The notes: generated by a model from the sequence alone, not told the origin. DNA of 63,794 bases, filler included, from Asterionella formosa (GCA_002256025.1; 15 parts of 15 records of this genome joined end to end with filler, not necessarily neighbours in it); one strand, 5' to 3'; shown: positions 10,799-22,423, counted from the whole stretch's first letter. Numbers and translations: made by a program.

Positions 10799-12157
10799 TC
10801 ATGATTTTGTTGTTGATTTTGCATTGAATACTTGCATGCTGAATGACTTTTCAAAGTCACCAAACAAAGCCTTCTGTCCAGTCGCACTCTGGAAAATAAG
10901 GCAATGGTCATGCGGAATCCCTTTAGCAAGGAAGCGCAAGTGCCGAAGATGTTCCACACCATAGATTCTTTTAAGAGATGAAAAGAAATGCTTGCTTCGT
11001 GCTCGCCGAGTTGGCCCTTGGAATTCGTCAGATTCACAATCAGACTTTATGGGAAGAGTATCTAATTCTCCAGTCAAATAAACAACGTCACGGCTACCAT
11101 ATCGTTGTACCATTTCTTGTTTACCACCGACCTCTTCCAACGCCCTATCAAAATAGGGAGTTGGGAGTCGACCACCTTGTTCAAGGCCCCATTCCCATTG
11201 GTTGTAACCTGGGCACTTTGATGTTTTTGATTCATCAGGAATACCAAATGTCCCATTAAGAAATCGACGACCGTCCAAATAGCAGAAAGATCTTGGGTTC
11301 GCAGCAACAACACGAATTGATATCATTTTTTGCCAAAGCTCACTCCCAGACGTCAGCGCCCATCTATGGGTAAATTGCCCTCCAGCGGAATGTCCTGCAA
11401 CGATGACTCTCTGCAGACTCGGAATCCGATCCATCATGATTTCAATGAGTACATCTATTGCATGGTACGAACTTATATTTGCATTCGAAGCGTCAGCTCC
11501 ATATCGCCACGTATGCGGAATCGGATCCGTGTCATTCCAACGAAGAAGTGGCACAGGCGTAGGCATGGTTCCATCCTCGGGTGCAAGGAATATCGGTGCA
11601 ATCACCAGTATGGAATCTCTCAAATTAGTAGGAAGTGATGAAACCGCGCAGCAAAGATAATCGTCGGCATTTCGGCCAGATCCATGAATCACAATCAATG
11701 CAATTCGGACAGTTGGGTTATATTGTACATCCGCAGTAGAATAATATGCGAGTTGGGGCGATTCTGGTTCAACGGAAAGGGATCGGATTTGGCGCCAAGA
11801 AGGGTCCGTCACCGAGCATAGGTTATAACGGGGAAGAGTATTTGGTTTTTCTTCTATGGTGCTGTTATTCAATACGCAAGTAAATCCATCCGGTGAGCAT
11901 GAATAGTCCGGACCACACCCCGTAGCTCCGTTTCTGTCGCAGCACACGCCTGTTCCGTTGTGGGGTTGTTCGCCTTCTGAAATACATGATGACGAACCAA
12001 TAGCATCAGAAATTGGACAACAGTGATTTAAATCGGGACATACACCTCCTCCTTCTTCAGTAAGGCAAGCTCGCCATGCCTCAACGGAAACACCAGTGTA
12101 GCAGTAAAATAAGGCCCCAAAACTAATCCCAATCGAAGGTTTTCGAATAATGTTCAT
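10799..12157 (-). CDS. Secreted alpha/beta hydrolase with N-terminal Cys-rich (granulin-like) domain
   Basis: Signal-like N-terminus; C-x-C-x-CC-x-C-x-CC-x-C-x-C-x-C module; IHGSGRNA oxyanion motif; GHSAGG nucleophile elbow; late Asp/His candidates (GELD, PHDH). Confidence 0.85.
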   Translation of the reverse strand: MNIIRKPSIGISFGALFYCYTGVSVEAWRACLTEEGGGVCPDLNHCCPISDAIGSSSCISEGEQPHNGTGVCCDRNGATGCGPDYSCSPDGFTCVLNNSTIEEKPNTLPRYNLCSVTDPSWRQIRSLSVEPESPQLAYYSTADVQYNPTVRIALIVIHGSGRNADDYLCCAVSSLPTNLRDSILVIAPIFLAPEDGTMPTPVPLLRWNDTDPIPHTWRYGADASNANISSYHAIDVLIEIMMDRIPSLQRVIVAGHSAGGQFTHRWALTSGSELWQKMISIRVVAANPRSFCYLDGRRFLNGTFGIPDESKTSKCPGYNQWEWGLEQGGRLPTPYFDRALEEVGGKQEMVQRYGSRDVVYLTGELDTLPIKSDCESDEFQGPTRRARSKHFFSSLKRIYGVEHLRHLRFLAKGIPHDHCLIFQSATGQKALFGDFEKSFSMQVFNAKSTTKS

Positions 12158-13208
12158 TGCTTCCCCCTTTGATTTTGCTCTTGCCGTAAACTTGGAGAGG
12201 AACAGGGCGTGCCTGATGGGCGAGTGGGTTCATTCGATGTGGCGGATTTGACAAGTAATCATCAAACCAGCGGACTGATCTTCGGTCGTCAATGCCAGCA
12301 GCAGGGAGTGTTATAACCGGTTTGTATACTTGACTCATACAACTCCGGCTTTGCCCCACCAGCAATGGCTGACCTATCATATAGAAGAATATGTAGAAAC
12401 AAAGGAGCACGTTTTTATCAGCATGCTGGTACCTGGTACCAGGTACGTATAATAGGTGGCCATATTTGGTCTATGTTTTTTAATTTCGCTCTCGTCGTAG
12501 GGAGACCATACACATGTACTATGTACCTGGTACTGTAGGTACCAGGTACAGGTAAGAAGAGATCGAGTGTCGTTGAATCGGGACCAGCGAGGCCGGAGGC
12601 GAAACAAAACTAACTGGTTCCAACAGTAGCTATGCACCGGTTGGACGAAGATTATGAATGTACCGGTATGTCGGTATATATTTAGGGGTAGGGTACATTT
12701 ATGATGTGGTCCGGGTTCGGAGTACGCCATAGGATGATGGCACGTCGGACTATCTCCACGTACACATCAACAGGTATGCACAGTACGGACGAAATTTTTT
12801 TTCCCCTTTTCAGATCTTAGTACTCAACGTGCTACTATCTACCGTGCATAAAGTGCATGAAAGCGTACCGGTAAATACAGCGGGTGTCTCGAACACGGTT
12901 TTTGGTACCTGGTACTGGACATACTAAGCAAAAAAGAAGGTGCGATTTATGATCATGGCACATGATTCCATGGTATCAAATCAACCGTTGCATGCACTTG
13001 TGGCCTGCCCGCCTCCCATGTCATCAAGTATGTATGTAGAAGGAAGCAGGAAGTCGGAATAAGTGTCAAACATCCTCGCACCCACCACAAATTCAAAGTC
13101 GCCGTGGCATCATTGCCACTAATTCCACAATTTATTTGTTCGACAGCGTAATACGGCATATCTGCAACCGATTGTCTTTTCGTGTTCTGATAATTGCTTG
13201 TGTCTAAG

Positions 13209-14656
13209 ATGTGTGAAGGCTCTACTGCATTATCGGAGGCTCGAGCGGCGATTCTTGACCTCATTGGAAAGAACCCTCGTGGTCACCTAGACGCCACTAT
13301 TCGAGCCGAGTTTTCGAAGCTTCTCCATGAGTATGCTGCAATGGACTTTAGCGATCCCTCTGACGCTGTCTTTGCTATCGGAGCCTCGATCTACGGTGTT
13401 GAAATAAAAATGAGTGACACTAGTAAACATGCTGCAGCTGCGCCAGTGATTGTTGACTTTGCCTACATGAAGCAGTTCATGAAGGATGTCTTTCTTTCTT
13501 ATGATGTGCCAGAAGAACGCGCCGACATTTGTTCTAACGTGCTAATTGAATCAGACCGTAGAGGGATCGACTCTCATGGTCTAGGTAGGCTCAAACCAAT
13601 TTATTGCGACCGTATTGACGAGGGCATTTTGTTTGCCAGCAAACCAATTGATATTGTCAAGGAAACGGAAACCACTGCTCTCGTCGATGGAAATCTAGGG
13701 TTAGGACTTTACATTGGTCCCCATTGCATGCAGATAGCCATTGATAAAGCAAAGAAATATGGTGTTGGCTTTGTCGCGTGCCAAAATTCCACCCACTACG
13801 GTATTGCTGGATACTACGCCACAATGGCAAGTGAGAATGGTTGTATTGGTTTCTCCGGGACCAATGCCCGCCCATCTATTGCGCCAACATTTGGTGTGGA
13901 ACCCATGTTAGGCACCAATCCATTATGCTTTGGTATTCCATCGAACGATGAGTTCCCCTTTGTCATTGACTGTGCCACCTCGATAAACCAGCGTGGTAAA
14001 ATTGAACGATATGCGCGTGAGGGACTCCCAACACCAAGGGGTGCTGTCGTTGATGATCAGGGTATTGAACGCACTGATACAGATGGAATTCTCCGTGACA
14101 TGGTTCTTGGGAAGTGCTGCCTTACTCCAGTTGGTGGAGCCGGGGACAAGTTAGGAGGGTACAAAGGATACGGATGGGCTACAACGGTTGAACTACTGTG
14201 TACAGCGTTCCAGTCCGGCCCTTTCGGTGAGGATGTGTGTGGGATCGATCGAGAAACAGGCAAGTCGAAGCCCATGCCCCTCGGTCATTTCTTTTTGGCG
14301 ATTGACATTGAAGCACTGTGTCCTCTTCCTGTCTTCAAAGAGAATGTCAGTCATCTCCTAAAGGCACTAAGAGAAAGCAAGAAATCACCTGCTGGACCTG
14401 GTAGGATATGGACTGCTGGAGAACCTGAGAGTAAGTCCAAATGATTCAATTTGTTATGGTGAACTGATTGTTTATTTGATTCCTCGTCCTTATGTTGTGT
14501 ATTTTTTATTTTTGATCAGACGATGCACGTGTTCAGCGTGATGCTCAGGGCGGAATGGTTGTTCCCTTGTCTCTACAGAAAGATATGCAAGCCCTCCTCG
14601 ACAGTCGTCCAGGGCTTAAAGAAAAATACGGGAAGCTACCATTTGTTGGATACTAA
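13209..14656 (+). CDS. Ldh_2 family (malate/L-lactate/L-sulfolactate dehydrogenase type 2) oxidoreductase; exons 13209-14430 and 14520-14656
   Basis: Motifs RGIDSHG, NSTHYGIAGYY, GTNPLCFG, D.ATS, GYKGYG and GHFFLAID. The GTAAGT...CAG intron restores the C-terminus. Confidence 0.9.
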
Positions 14657-15256
14657 AGAATTCGGTGATGCCCAGGAACTTGGATTGTTACAAGTTGAAT
14701 TTCTGCGATATTAAGTCACTCTCACGAGTTACTTCATCCCGGCATTTGTTCCCAGTAGTGTTTCATTGCGTCCACAGTCATGGCGGTCATATTTACTAAA
14801 AAAACACCATGACATTATACTGGAATAAAATGCAAGTCTATAGTTGATAGAGATACATAGAGTGGCATCAAATGAAGCACATTTTTATGGAGACTTAGCA
14901 TGAATAGTGAGAGGAGCACACTTTGTTCAAGCCAGTACAGTTGAAAGGGTTCACTTGCTTAGCTCCCATCTCCTCATTCCTATATAAGTTTCGTTTGCAA
15001 AATTTGTCCTAGGTATTTTAGTACACGGCACATGTGGAGTTGAGAAGAATTAATGTGTGATGTTCTCCATGCAATCCCGAGGTGGGTACATCTGTAGTCC
15101 CAGCCAGTATACCTCGATTATATGTACTCCCTCATATAGCTAATCCCTTTTGTGGTTACCAATTACTCCTACCACATTGTCTAGTTACTTGCACGAGCTA
15201 TGCTATGGAACAGGGGTACCAGTACCAGGTCCGATATGCAAATGTACATTTTACTA

Positions 15257-16560
15257 CAGTGAAACCTCCCTATAGGAAACACCCTCTACTATATAAGATA
15301 CAGGTATGGAGATCATCACAGAATAATGGAGATGGTTTTGTAATCATCACGCAAATGGATATCCAATCAGTAGACCCATCCGACAAAGCAAAGTTTTGTC
15401 AATTTCCAAAGCATTCAAAACATATCATAATTTTAAGGCACCTTATGGCAGGCTTGAAAAATGGAAGAAAAGACAGAATGTCAACAAATCCTATGCTTTT
15501 GTGGAGAGCCTGGTGGGAATGTATGAATTGGTAAGACTGAAGAATGGAAAGCTTTATTGGCTATTTTGTTTGATGGGTACTAGTATACTCCAGCTGACAT
15601 TCTCAACATGGATGAGATTGCATTCTTTTATCATGCTCTCCCCAATTCAATGCTCAATCAAGTATTGAAATCATGCAAAGGAGGAAAATTAGCAAAGGAT
15701 CAAGTTATAGTTGCTTTTACACCACCCAATGCAGCTGGGGGAGAACTACAGCTGCTCTTAGTACTAACTGGGAAATCCAAGAAGCCTCATTTTTTTCAAA
15801 ACATTGATTTGAGCCGCCTCAGAGTTGTCTACAAATCTAGTAGCAAAGTGACTAATCCTATTTTCAATGAGTATCTATTGGATCTGAATGCACATAAGAT
15901 CTCTCAGAACAGAAAGATTATTTTATTCTTAGACAATGTCCCTGTCCACATTGTTGTTGATGAGGGTGCAAGCTCAAGGCTAATACATGTAAAGGTTCAA
16001 TTCTTCCCTCCAAACTTAGCAAGTGTGTTTTGCAACCGTTGAATTCTAGAATCATTAGAAGCCTAAAAGCTCTTTCCCGTAAGCATCAAGTTTTGCAGTT
16101 GTTATTACATTAGTAGCATTATTTGTTATTAGGTACCTTAAGACTACTCAAGTGTTCGTAGGGTACTAGCCCACTTGGCGCTTCCTGGAATTGACAGCCT
16201 AGGTTGTTTAAAATTCTTAACCTTCTGAGTATCAAACCGACAAATATGGTGACTTAAGTAAAGAGCTGCTGTAAGGCAGGGAAAATTTTGCAAGAAGTTA
16301 CAATGCATTGAAATGGGAAAATATGCAGCAGATCTAGAAGCAAAGAAATTGCAGATAATTGATGCAATGAAATTTACAGCTATATTGTAGGGAATTGTTA
16401 CAACTGAAACAATTCCAAAATCCTTTAAAAGACATGGTTTTGATAAAGTACGTGATGAAGAATGTGTATTAGTACCAGAGGAAATTGAAAATGAAGAGGA
16501 GGGCGGAGCTGATGGACAAGAGAGGAGGCTTGGAGAAGACAATATTCATTATGTACAAGA
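15257..16560 (+). mobile_element. Degenerate pogo/Tigger (CENP-B HTH + DDE_1) DNA transposon
   Basis: TA|CAGTGAAACCTCCCTATA TIR-like start at 15257. Frameshifted FKAPYGRLEKWKKR, NMDEIAFFY..LP, GKSKKP, IILFLDNVPVH, FFPPN...LQPL. No right TIR found. Confidence 0.85.
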
Positions 16561-16844
16561 TGGTATTGGTAAATATGCAATCCCATGTGCTGAATCTTTA
16601 ATTGCAAATTTGGTTTCCCAATATTTTGATGAAGGTGGTATTATGGCCACATTGTTAGCGATGAATTTGTGTCCAATAAGGGAGCTGGCGATGACCAGAC
16701 GCGGTGTGTACCGGTACGTGCTCGCTCATCATCATACAATAGTAAGTGCCAGGTACAAGTACTTGGTACACAGCACTGTCGAACAAAAACTCCCATCATT
16801 TTGAAAAATAAAACCAGGTCCCGTTGCATTACATTGTCCTCACC

Positions 16845-17219
16845 ATGCCTCCGATGAAGATTCCTGGCCCTGTGGCGGCTAAGGGTCTCTACCGAAAGCT
16901 GCTTCGTTCTCACGCAAAGTACCTGCCGACAGAAATGAGATTGTTGGGCGATCACTATGTCAAGAGTGAATTCAGATTACACACAAAGGTCACCAAACAT
17001 GACACGCTTGATATGTTTTACACGGAATGGTTAGGATACTTGAATGCACTAGAACGTGCAGCACGAACGCGAGAGGCAGCGCAGGCAGGCAATCTTGGAG
17101 GTGCAAATCCATTCCAAATTGGGAGCAATATTCCAACAGGGTTTGAGTTTAACGATGAACAGAAGGCACAATTGGAGCTGTTGAAAGAAGAAGCCCAAAA
17201 ATTGTGCAAGAAGAAATGA
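16845..17219 (+). CDS. SDHAF3: Succinate dehydrogenase assembly factor 3 (ACN9/Sdh7, LYR family)
   Basis: LYRKLLRSHAKYLP.EMRLLGDHYVKSEFRLH...F..EW..Y signature. Confidence 0.85.
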   Translation: MPPMKIPGPVAAKGLYRKLLRSHAKYLPTEMRLLGDHYVKSEFRLHTKVTKHDTLDMFYTEWLGYLNALERAARTREAAQAGNLGGANPFQIGSNIPTGFEFNDEQKAQLELLKEEAQKLCKKK

Positions 17220-17454
17220 GGACTCATAATATGATTGTTAGTCACACTTGGAAACGCGTATGTCCGCCTATGATGAATGATCAGAAATGCTATGTTTGGA
17301 TTTTCAGTGACTTTTTTCATGTCACCCGTCGAAACCTTCATGATTAGTCAATCACTGCGGTTGCTTCACATAAATGTAGTATGAGCATTCCAGAATTAGA
17401 GATCAGTTCATATGAATTGTGAAAAATAAATTAATTTATATCAGTCTTATTCTA

Positions 17455-18993
17455 TTAATCTTGAGATGGGCCAGCCTGTGTTTCGCTCACTTCTGTGTGG
17501 GACAAAGACAGTTCCATTTCTCCATCTAGCTTGTTATTACCTCTACTTGTCGTGTCGTCATCTACCTTCAAACTGAACTTTGTCTCACCACCACCTACCT
17601 TTTCGGAAATGCCATACCTTGCCACGTGATAGAGCCACTCAACATTAACCACATGCAACTTCCATTCTATAGCTTTGTCAAACTTTGGCCCCTCAGCCTC
17701 TTTGCAAATCAGATGCGTATTTTGCGGTTTCAAATTAGCCGTGTAGGTCGCTCCCAATGTTTCAATGAGTAGTAGTATTCCCGTACGTTCTGATCCTGAA
17801 AATCCAGTCAGAGCGACAATGGTAGATTCGGGTAAGGTCGAAAACGGCCAGGGTTGAGGTTGAAAAAGTAGAGGCCTTCGCTTAGGAATGACAATTTTTT
17901 GCTCCGTGATTGCTGTTTTCAACCAAATCGGAGTCACTGGAACGACCGAGCAAAGGTCCTCCTTTTTTATGTGTGCCAGTATTGGATTAAGAGTTGCGTG
18001 TAGTGGGGTGTAACCTCCCCAACTTATCATGTAGAGGGTTCTCCGTTGTGCGTCAATATTGATCTTATCAGTCCTTAAGGATTCCAGCAGCTTCGATGAT
18101 AACATCTGGCCCCCATGGGTAGAAATGCTCGATTTCAATTCTTCTGAATCCCAATCGATGCAACCATCTGGAGGAGCAATGCGAATTATGCAGAAGATTG
18201 TTCCTTGAAATAGCCCCGTAGATACGCGACGAGCACTTAATTTTTTCGGATTGGCCGACTTCGAAACTTGTCTCTCATATTGCGGCTCAAATTTTTGAGG
18301 TGGCTGCAGCTCCTGAGTATTCCAAGATGCAACAATCCATCGAGGGGAGACATAGGCTGGTCCATTTGGGTGGTGCAGAGTGACAGTGCGAGCAGCCTCG
18401 CGCAATACATCGTCGGACTTGTCCTTGACTATGATATGAGTTATAACTTCATTGAGCTCCCAATAGTTTGTCCCCATGCCTCGCCTTATTAGTTTAGATA
18501 GTTTGAGAAGCTCACCAGAGTCATTATCAAATCCAATCGGATAAAATCTGCAAGATGCAAAGAGCATGGACCTTTCGCCCAATGCCAAAATCAGGTCAAG
18601 ACTTTTCTCCAAGGTCAACTCGGGCACTGCGTTCTCCTTCAATGTCAAGTAGTTTTCCTCCCTCGCTCTTACTCCGGTATTGGCGCATTCTTCAATCCAT
18701 TCGGGCGTAACAATTTGGATACGAGGACATGCTTTTGCTGTGAAATACTTTTCTCCATGTGGGCTAGTAGCGACTAAGTGTGTATTTTGAGAAGTATCCA
18801 AGTGACGAGTGAAAGCTCCGCCTAGGTCATCAACTAGCTGATGTAGTTTCACCTTGTAAGCCGCGGTTAGACCTGAGAGGCAGACAACGACCCCTTTCAA
18901 AGGCAATGCCTCCTTTCGATGGCGAGAGGGCTGGGCGTCAACCTCTGTACACGGCTCTGGAATTCGTTTTCTACTGTTTCCTGCTTTAAACAT
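17455..18993 (-). CDS. Multi-BRCT protein, TopBP1/Rad4-Cut5/Dpb11-like
   Basis: 512 aa with four BRCT-like repeats (CLSGL...LGG...THLVA...TPEWI; THII...SPRWI; HGGQ...TPIWL; LTGFSGSER...LGATY...THLIC...G.KF.KA.EW...VEWL). Confidence 0.8.
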   Translation of the reverse strand: MFKAGNSRKRIPEPCTEVDAQPSRHRKEALPLKGVVVCLSGLTAAYKVKLHQLVDDLGGAFTRHLDTSQNTHLVATSPHGEKYFTAKACPRIQIVTPEWIEECANTGVRAREENYLTLKENAVPELTLEKSLDLILALGERSMLFASCRFYPIGFDNDSGELLKLSKLIRRGMGTNYWELNEVITHIIVKDKSDDVLREAARTVTLHHPNGPAYVSPRWIVASWNTQELQPPQKFEPQYERQVSKSANPKKLSARRVSTGLFQGTIFCIIRIAPPDGCIDWDSEELKSSISTHGGQMLSSKLLESLRTDKINIDAQRRTLYMISWGGYTPLHATLNPILAHIKKEDLCSVVPVTPIWLKTAITEQKIVIPKRRPLLFQPQPWPFSTLPESTIVALTGFSGSERTGILLLIETLGATYTANLKPQNTHLICKEAEGPKFDKAIEWKLHVVNVEWLYHVARYGISEKVGGGETKFSLKVDDDTTSRGNNKLDGEMELSLSHTEVSETQAGPSQD

Positions 18994-19618
18994 GATTTGA
19001 TTTTTATGGATTCATCTATGGATGGTTAACATGTGATTACAGGAAGGCTCAGTCGTCTGATGAAATTGTTGCAACGAAGGCAAGACACCAATGGAAGCGT
19101 TTTGAACAAGAATCGAAGTGTTTATTCATTGACAACTATCGGTAGTAGCCACTTAGGTTTATGCATTGTCGTTGCAAGGCATAAACTAGTCTACCAGTAC
19201 ATATCGTATGTATACATGCTGATATGGTTGCAATAAACAATATACCGGTATTTTGTCGTTAACCTAATACTGGTAAACGGGAAGGGATAGCTGTATCTTC
19301 ATTGTCGGGCAAATCATGCATGGGTCCGGTACGCACCGGTAAATAATAGAACCGCCAGTGGAACGATGTTTAAGTATTACCTTTTGATAGATCTATATCG
19401 TTAGACAAAGAAGACTTTAGAAAGAGATGCTCGTTTCTCTTTCCATTTCTATATTCTTATTGTGAGTTTACTAATCTAGTTTAAGGTTGTTCTGTTTGAA
19501 CAAACAAACAAACTATTCTCCAAATGCTGTTTGCATTTCTAGAAACTTACAATCATAGATAGACCCATGTCTATCTCACACTTACTGATCATAGGTATTT
19601 AACCATGATCATTCATTT

Positions 19619-21200
19619 TCAAACTATCAGTCTTCCGAAATAGCTAAGGAGGGGAAGGCCAAATAAGTAATTCTGATCTGCTATGTTAACAAGATGTTGG
19701 TTTTGGTAGACAGTTGTGATGTTTGAGATGAGAAAGTGAGAGTATTTTGCTTGGTTGGCCTGGAGAGTAGCGCCATGGATGTAGGAATTGCGTTTATCAC
19801 ATTGGTCAGAAGCATATGCACAAAGGGTATTGAAAAGCAAGGGGGCAAGTCCATTAGGGTGGAGTGAACTTTGGATTCTTGTGGGAAGCATTGTTTTTGA
19901 TAAATAGACATACTAGCTCTCCCCATGAAAGAGCTAAGTACCCTCTGATGGTCTGGTTCCATCCTATTTTTGTTTGGTATTGGAAGGCAATGTAAGTGGA
20001 GGTAGCTAGCAAAGAAATCAGTGTGCATGGGTGCTGGGCGAGGCCAAATAGGGTCGGATTTGCCATGCTCCCAGGAGTAGTTCCATATTCCAGGCACGAT
20101 GTCTGGCATTCTAAGTTTTGATTTGAAGTGGGTTGCAAGTATGGACAATTTCATGGCGCAAAAGGCTTGGGAATGAGAGCAAGTCAGGACACAATCACAA
20201 GATTCAGTGTATTCATGACAACAAGGGCAGAGGGGAGAATCGATTTCACCCGCGGTAGAGGGCCACGTTTGTGGGTCATTGGTCATTAGCAAGTTTAAAG
20301 ATTGCCAGTTTGCGGCCATGGGGTATAAATTTGACGGCATGGGAGGAGGATGTCCCATCAATGAATAGGGAAGTTTCGTGAGACCAGTTGTGTTTTGTTT
20401 CGAAGTAATGGAAATGTCGAGGTTGATGGTAAGCTATTCGAGAGGTTAGTTCCATGTTGGAGGATACTGGGCGACCTGCAATTAGCAAGGCGGCGAGAAA
20501 ATGAAGGGTAAATTATAGTCTGGAGTGATGGGGCAGAGAACAGCGTAAGCTAGATGGGTGAGGGTACTATCTGCTTGAATATTGAGTTAGCTGGAAAGGA
20601 TAAGTATTTGTAGGGGTCCTGTCACCTTTGTTTTGATGACATTTGACATTGACAATGGTGATGTCGACTAGAATGGATGCTACAACTTTTTTGGCGGTGT
20701 GGACGAGATCCCAATCATGTTGTAGGCTAGAGTGGATTGAGTGATTGGTATGACGAGAGCTTCATTATCGATTTGTGCCCTGGCTCTGTATAAGGCTGAT
20801 GGAGTGAGCATATTGTGGTAGTGTAAGATGACGCAAAGAGCATGGCATGATCCAAAAAGACCAATAGCTTCGGTGCAGAATGAGGTAAGGGTAGTCGCAG
20901 TGGATGCAAGGGTATTCATCACTGTAATGTGAAGGGTGGCTGCTTGTTGTGCAATGAAGAAACCAAGCAAATGAGCCGCTGGCTGGTGTTACGAACTGAT
21001 CCATCAGAGGCAAGAACAAAAACATTGGTGACTATATCTAGAAGTAGAAGAGAGAGGTTATTGAGGAGGGTGACTGTACCCAGAAATTATTGTTCTATTG
21101 GGGTCAACTGAGAGAGGTAATAGGTTGCTTGCAAAGTAGAGTTCAGGGATGTTGAGAGGGGTGCGAGAGGAGCTGAGGTTGCGGAGTCCAGGAAGAAACA
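19619..21200 (-). mobile_element. Degenerate 3' part of a non-LTR retrotransposon ORF2 (RNase H + C-terminal zinc knuckle)
   Basis: Frameshifted SDGSV/GSFAW, TEAIG, NIQAD (RNase H-like), then SPLCPCCHEYTESCDCVLTC, QTKIGWNQTIRGYLA..W and RNSYIHG. Confidence 0.75.
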
Positions 21201-21828
21201 GTGACAGGGACATTTCGAGTCTAAATACATCACTTTTTCGAATTTATGTCTAAAGTGATGTATTTATGCTTCTTTTGGGGGAATTTATTTGGGTCAAACC
21301 AAAGTTTATGTGTTCTAAAACAAGATTGATTCTAATTATCAAATAATTTTATGATCAAACCAATAATTTTCTGAGTTTGCAACAATATTTTTTTACCGAC
21401 TAGCCCTCATAACGGGGGTAAAATGGCGAAATTACATCGCTTCACGGCAAAATTATGCTGGTCTCACCACATAATTAAATAAAGAGTACCCGTTAAAAAC
21501 TGTAAGCCACCGTTATTTTACTCCATCATCTGACTGAAAATATTTAAGCAATTTATCAATCGAAACTGATGCAAGGACGAAGAGTATGTTAGACGATGCA
21601 CTCTACTCAACGAATAAGCAATCAATTTTGATTCAGTGTAAAGAGCCATGAAGATTAAATTTTTTCAGACGAGTCATTAAGATTATTGCATATCGTTGGC
21701 TGACAGTGCATATTTTTCCGATTGCTGCTTATGCTGACAAGCTACTATGGAGTGACACGTGATGTGGCTGTCTGGTAACAATACACCCTTTGTCACAAGA
21801 ATAGCTATTTGAGGCATAAACTTTGAAA

Positions 21829-22046
21829 CTGTGTGGTAATTTAGTACCTTAAACTAAGTTTGTTCCTTATCTCCTTGTTTTCTGAATCTGTGTGGTAATT
21901 TAGTACCTTAAACTAAGTTTGTTCCTTATCTCCTTGCTTTCTGAATCTGTTTGGTAATTTAAGTACCTTAAACTAAGTTTGTTCCTTATCTCCTTGTTTT
22001 CTGAATCTGTGCGGTAATTTAGTACCTTAAACTAAATTTTTCCTTA
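21829..22046. repeat. Tandem repeat, ~3.7 x 59-60 bp
   Basis: Unit CTGTGTGGTAATTTAGTACCTTAAACTAAGTTTGTTCCTTATCTCCTTGTTTTCTGAAT starts at 21829, 21888, 21947 and 22007. Confidence 0.95.
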
Positions 22047-22154
22047 CATCTAAGACGCGAAATACGCCACTTTTCGAAATTTCGTCTACGTATGAGTGTT
22101 AATTATGTGGTACTTCACATGCATTAATGCCACTCTTCACGTAAAAAAGATTAC

Positions 22155-22242
22155 TTTTAACGGTTTCATGTGAAGTTTTAACTGTTTCATGTGAAGTTTT
22201 AACGGTTTCATGTGAAGTTTTAACTGTTTCATGTGAAGTTTT
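22155..22242. repeat. Tandem repeat, 4 x 21 bp with alternating variants
   Basis: TTTTAAC(G/T)GTTTCATGTGAAG at 22155, 22176, 22197 and 22218; variant order G,T,G,T. Confidence 0.95.
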
Positions 22243-22323
22243 CACAATGAATTTTGAACGCGAGACTGAATTAGTTGATGTTTCAAATAATTCATTTGAA
22301 AGTTCAATTGATTTCGTTCAAAC

Positions 22324-22423
22324 NNNNNNNNNNNNNNNNNNNNNNNNNNNNNNNNNNNNNNNNNNNNTTAATTAATTAANNNNNNNNNNNNNNNNNNNNN
22401 NNNNNNNNNNNNNNNNNNNNNNN
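22324..22423. other. Artificial contig linker N44-TTAATTAATTAA-N44 (13 more between 44744 and 62431)
   Basis: Identical 100-nt spacers carrying six-frame stops start at 22324, 44744, 46210, 47676, 49142, 50607, 52072, 53537, 55008, 56473, 57938, 59403, 60868 and 62332. Confidence 0.98.

Noticed and set aside
21829..22242. Possible CRISPR array
   Set aside because: Head-to-tail repeats with no unique spacers, no cas genes, and a eukaryotic context.
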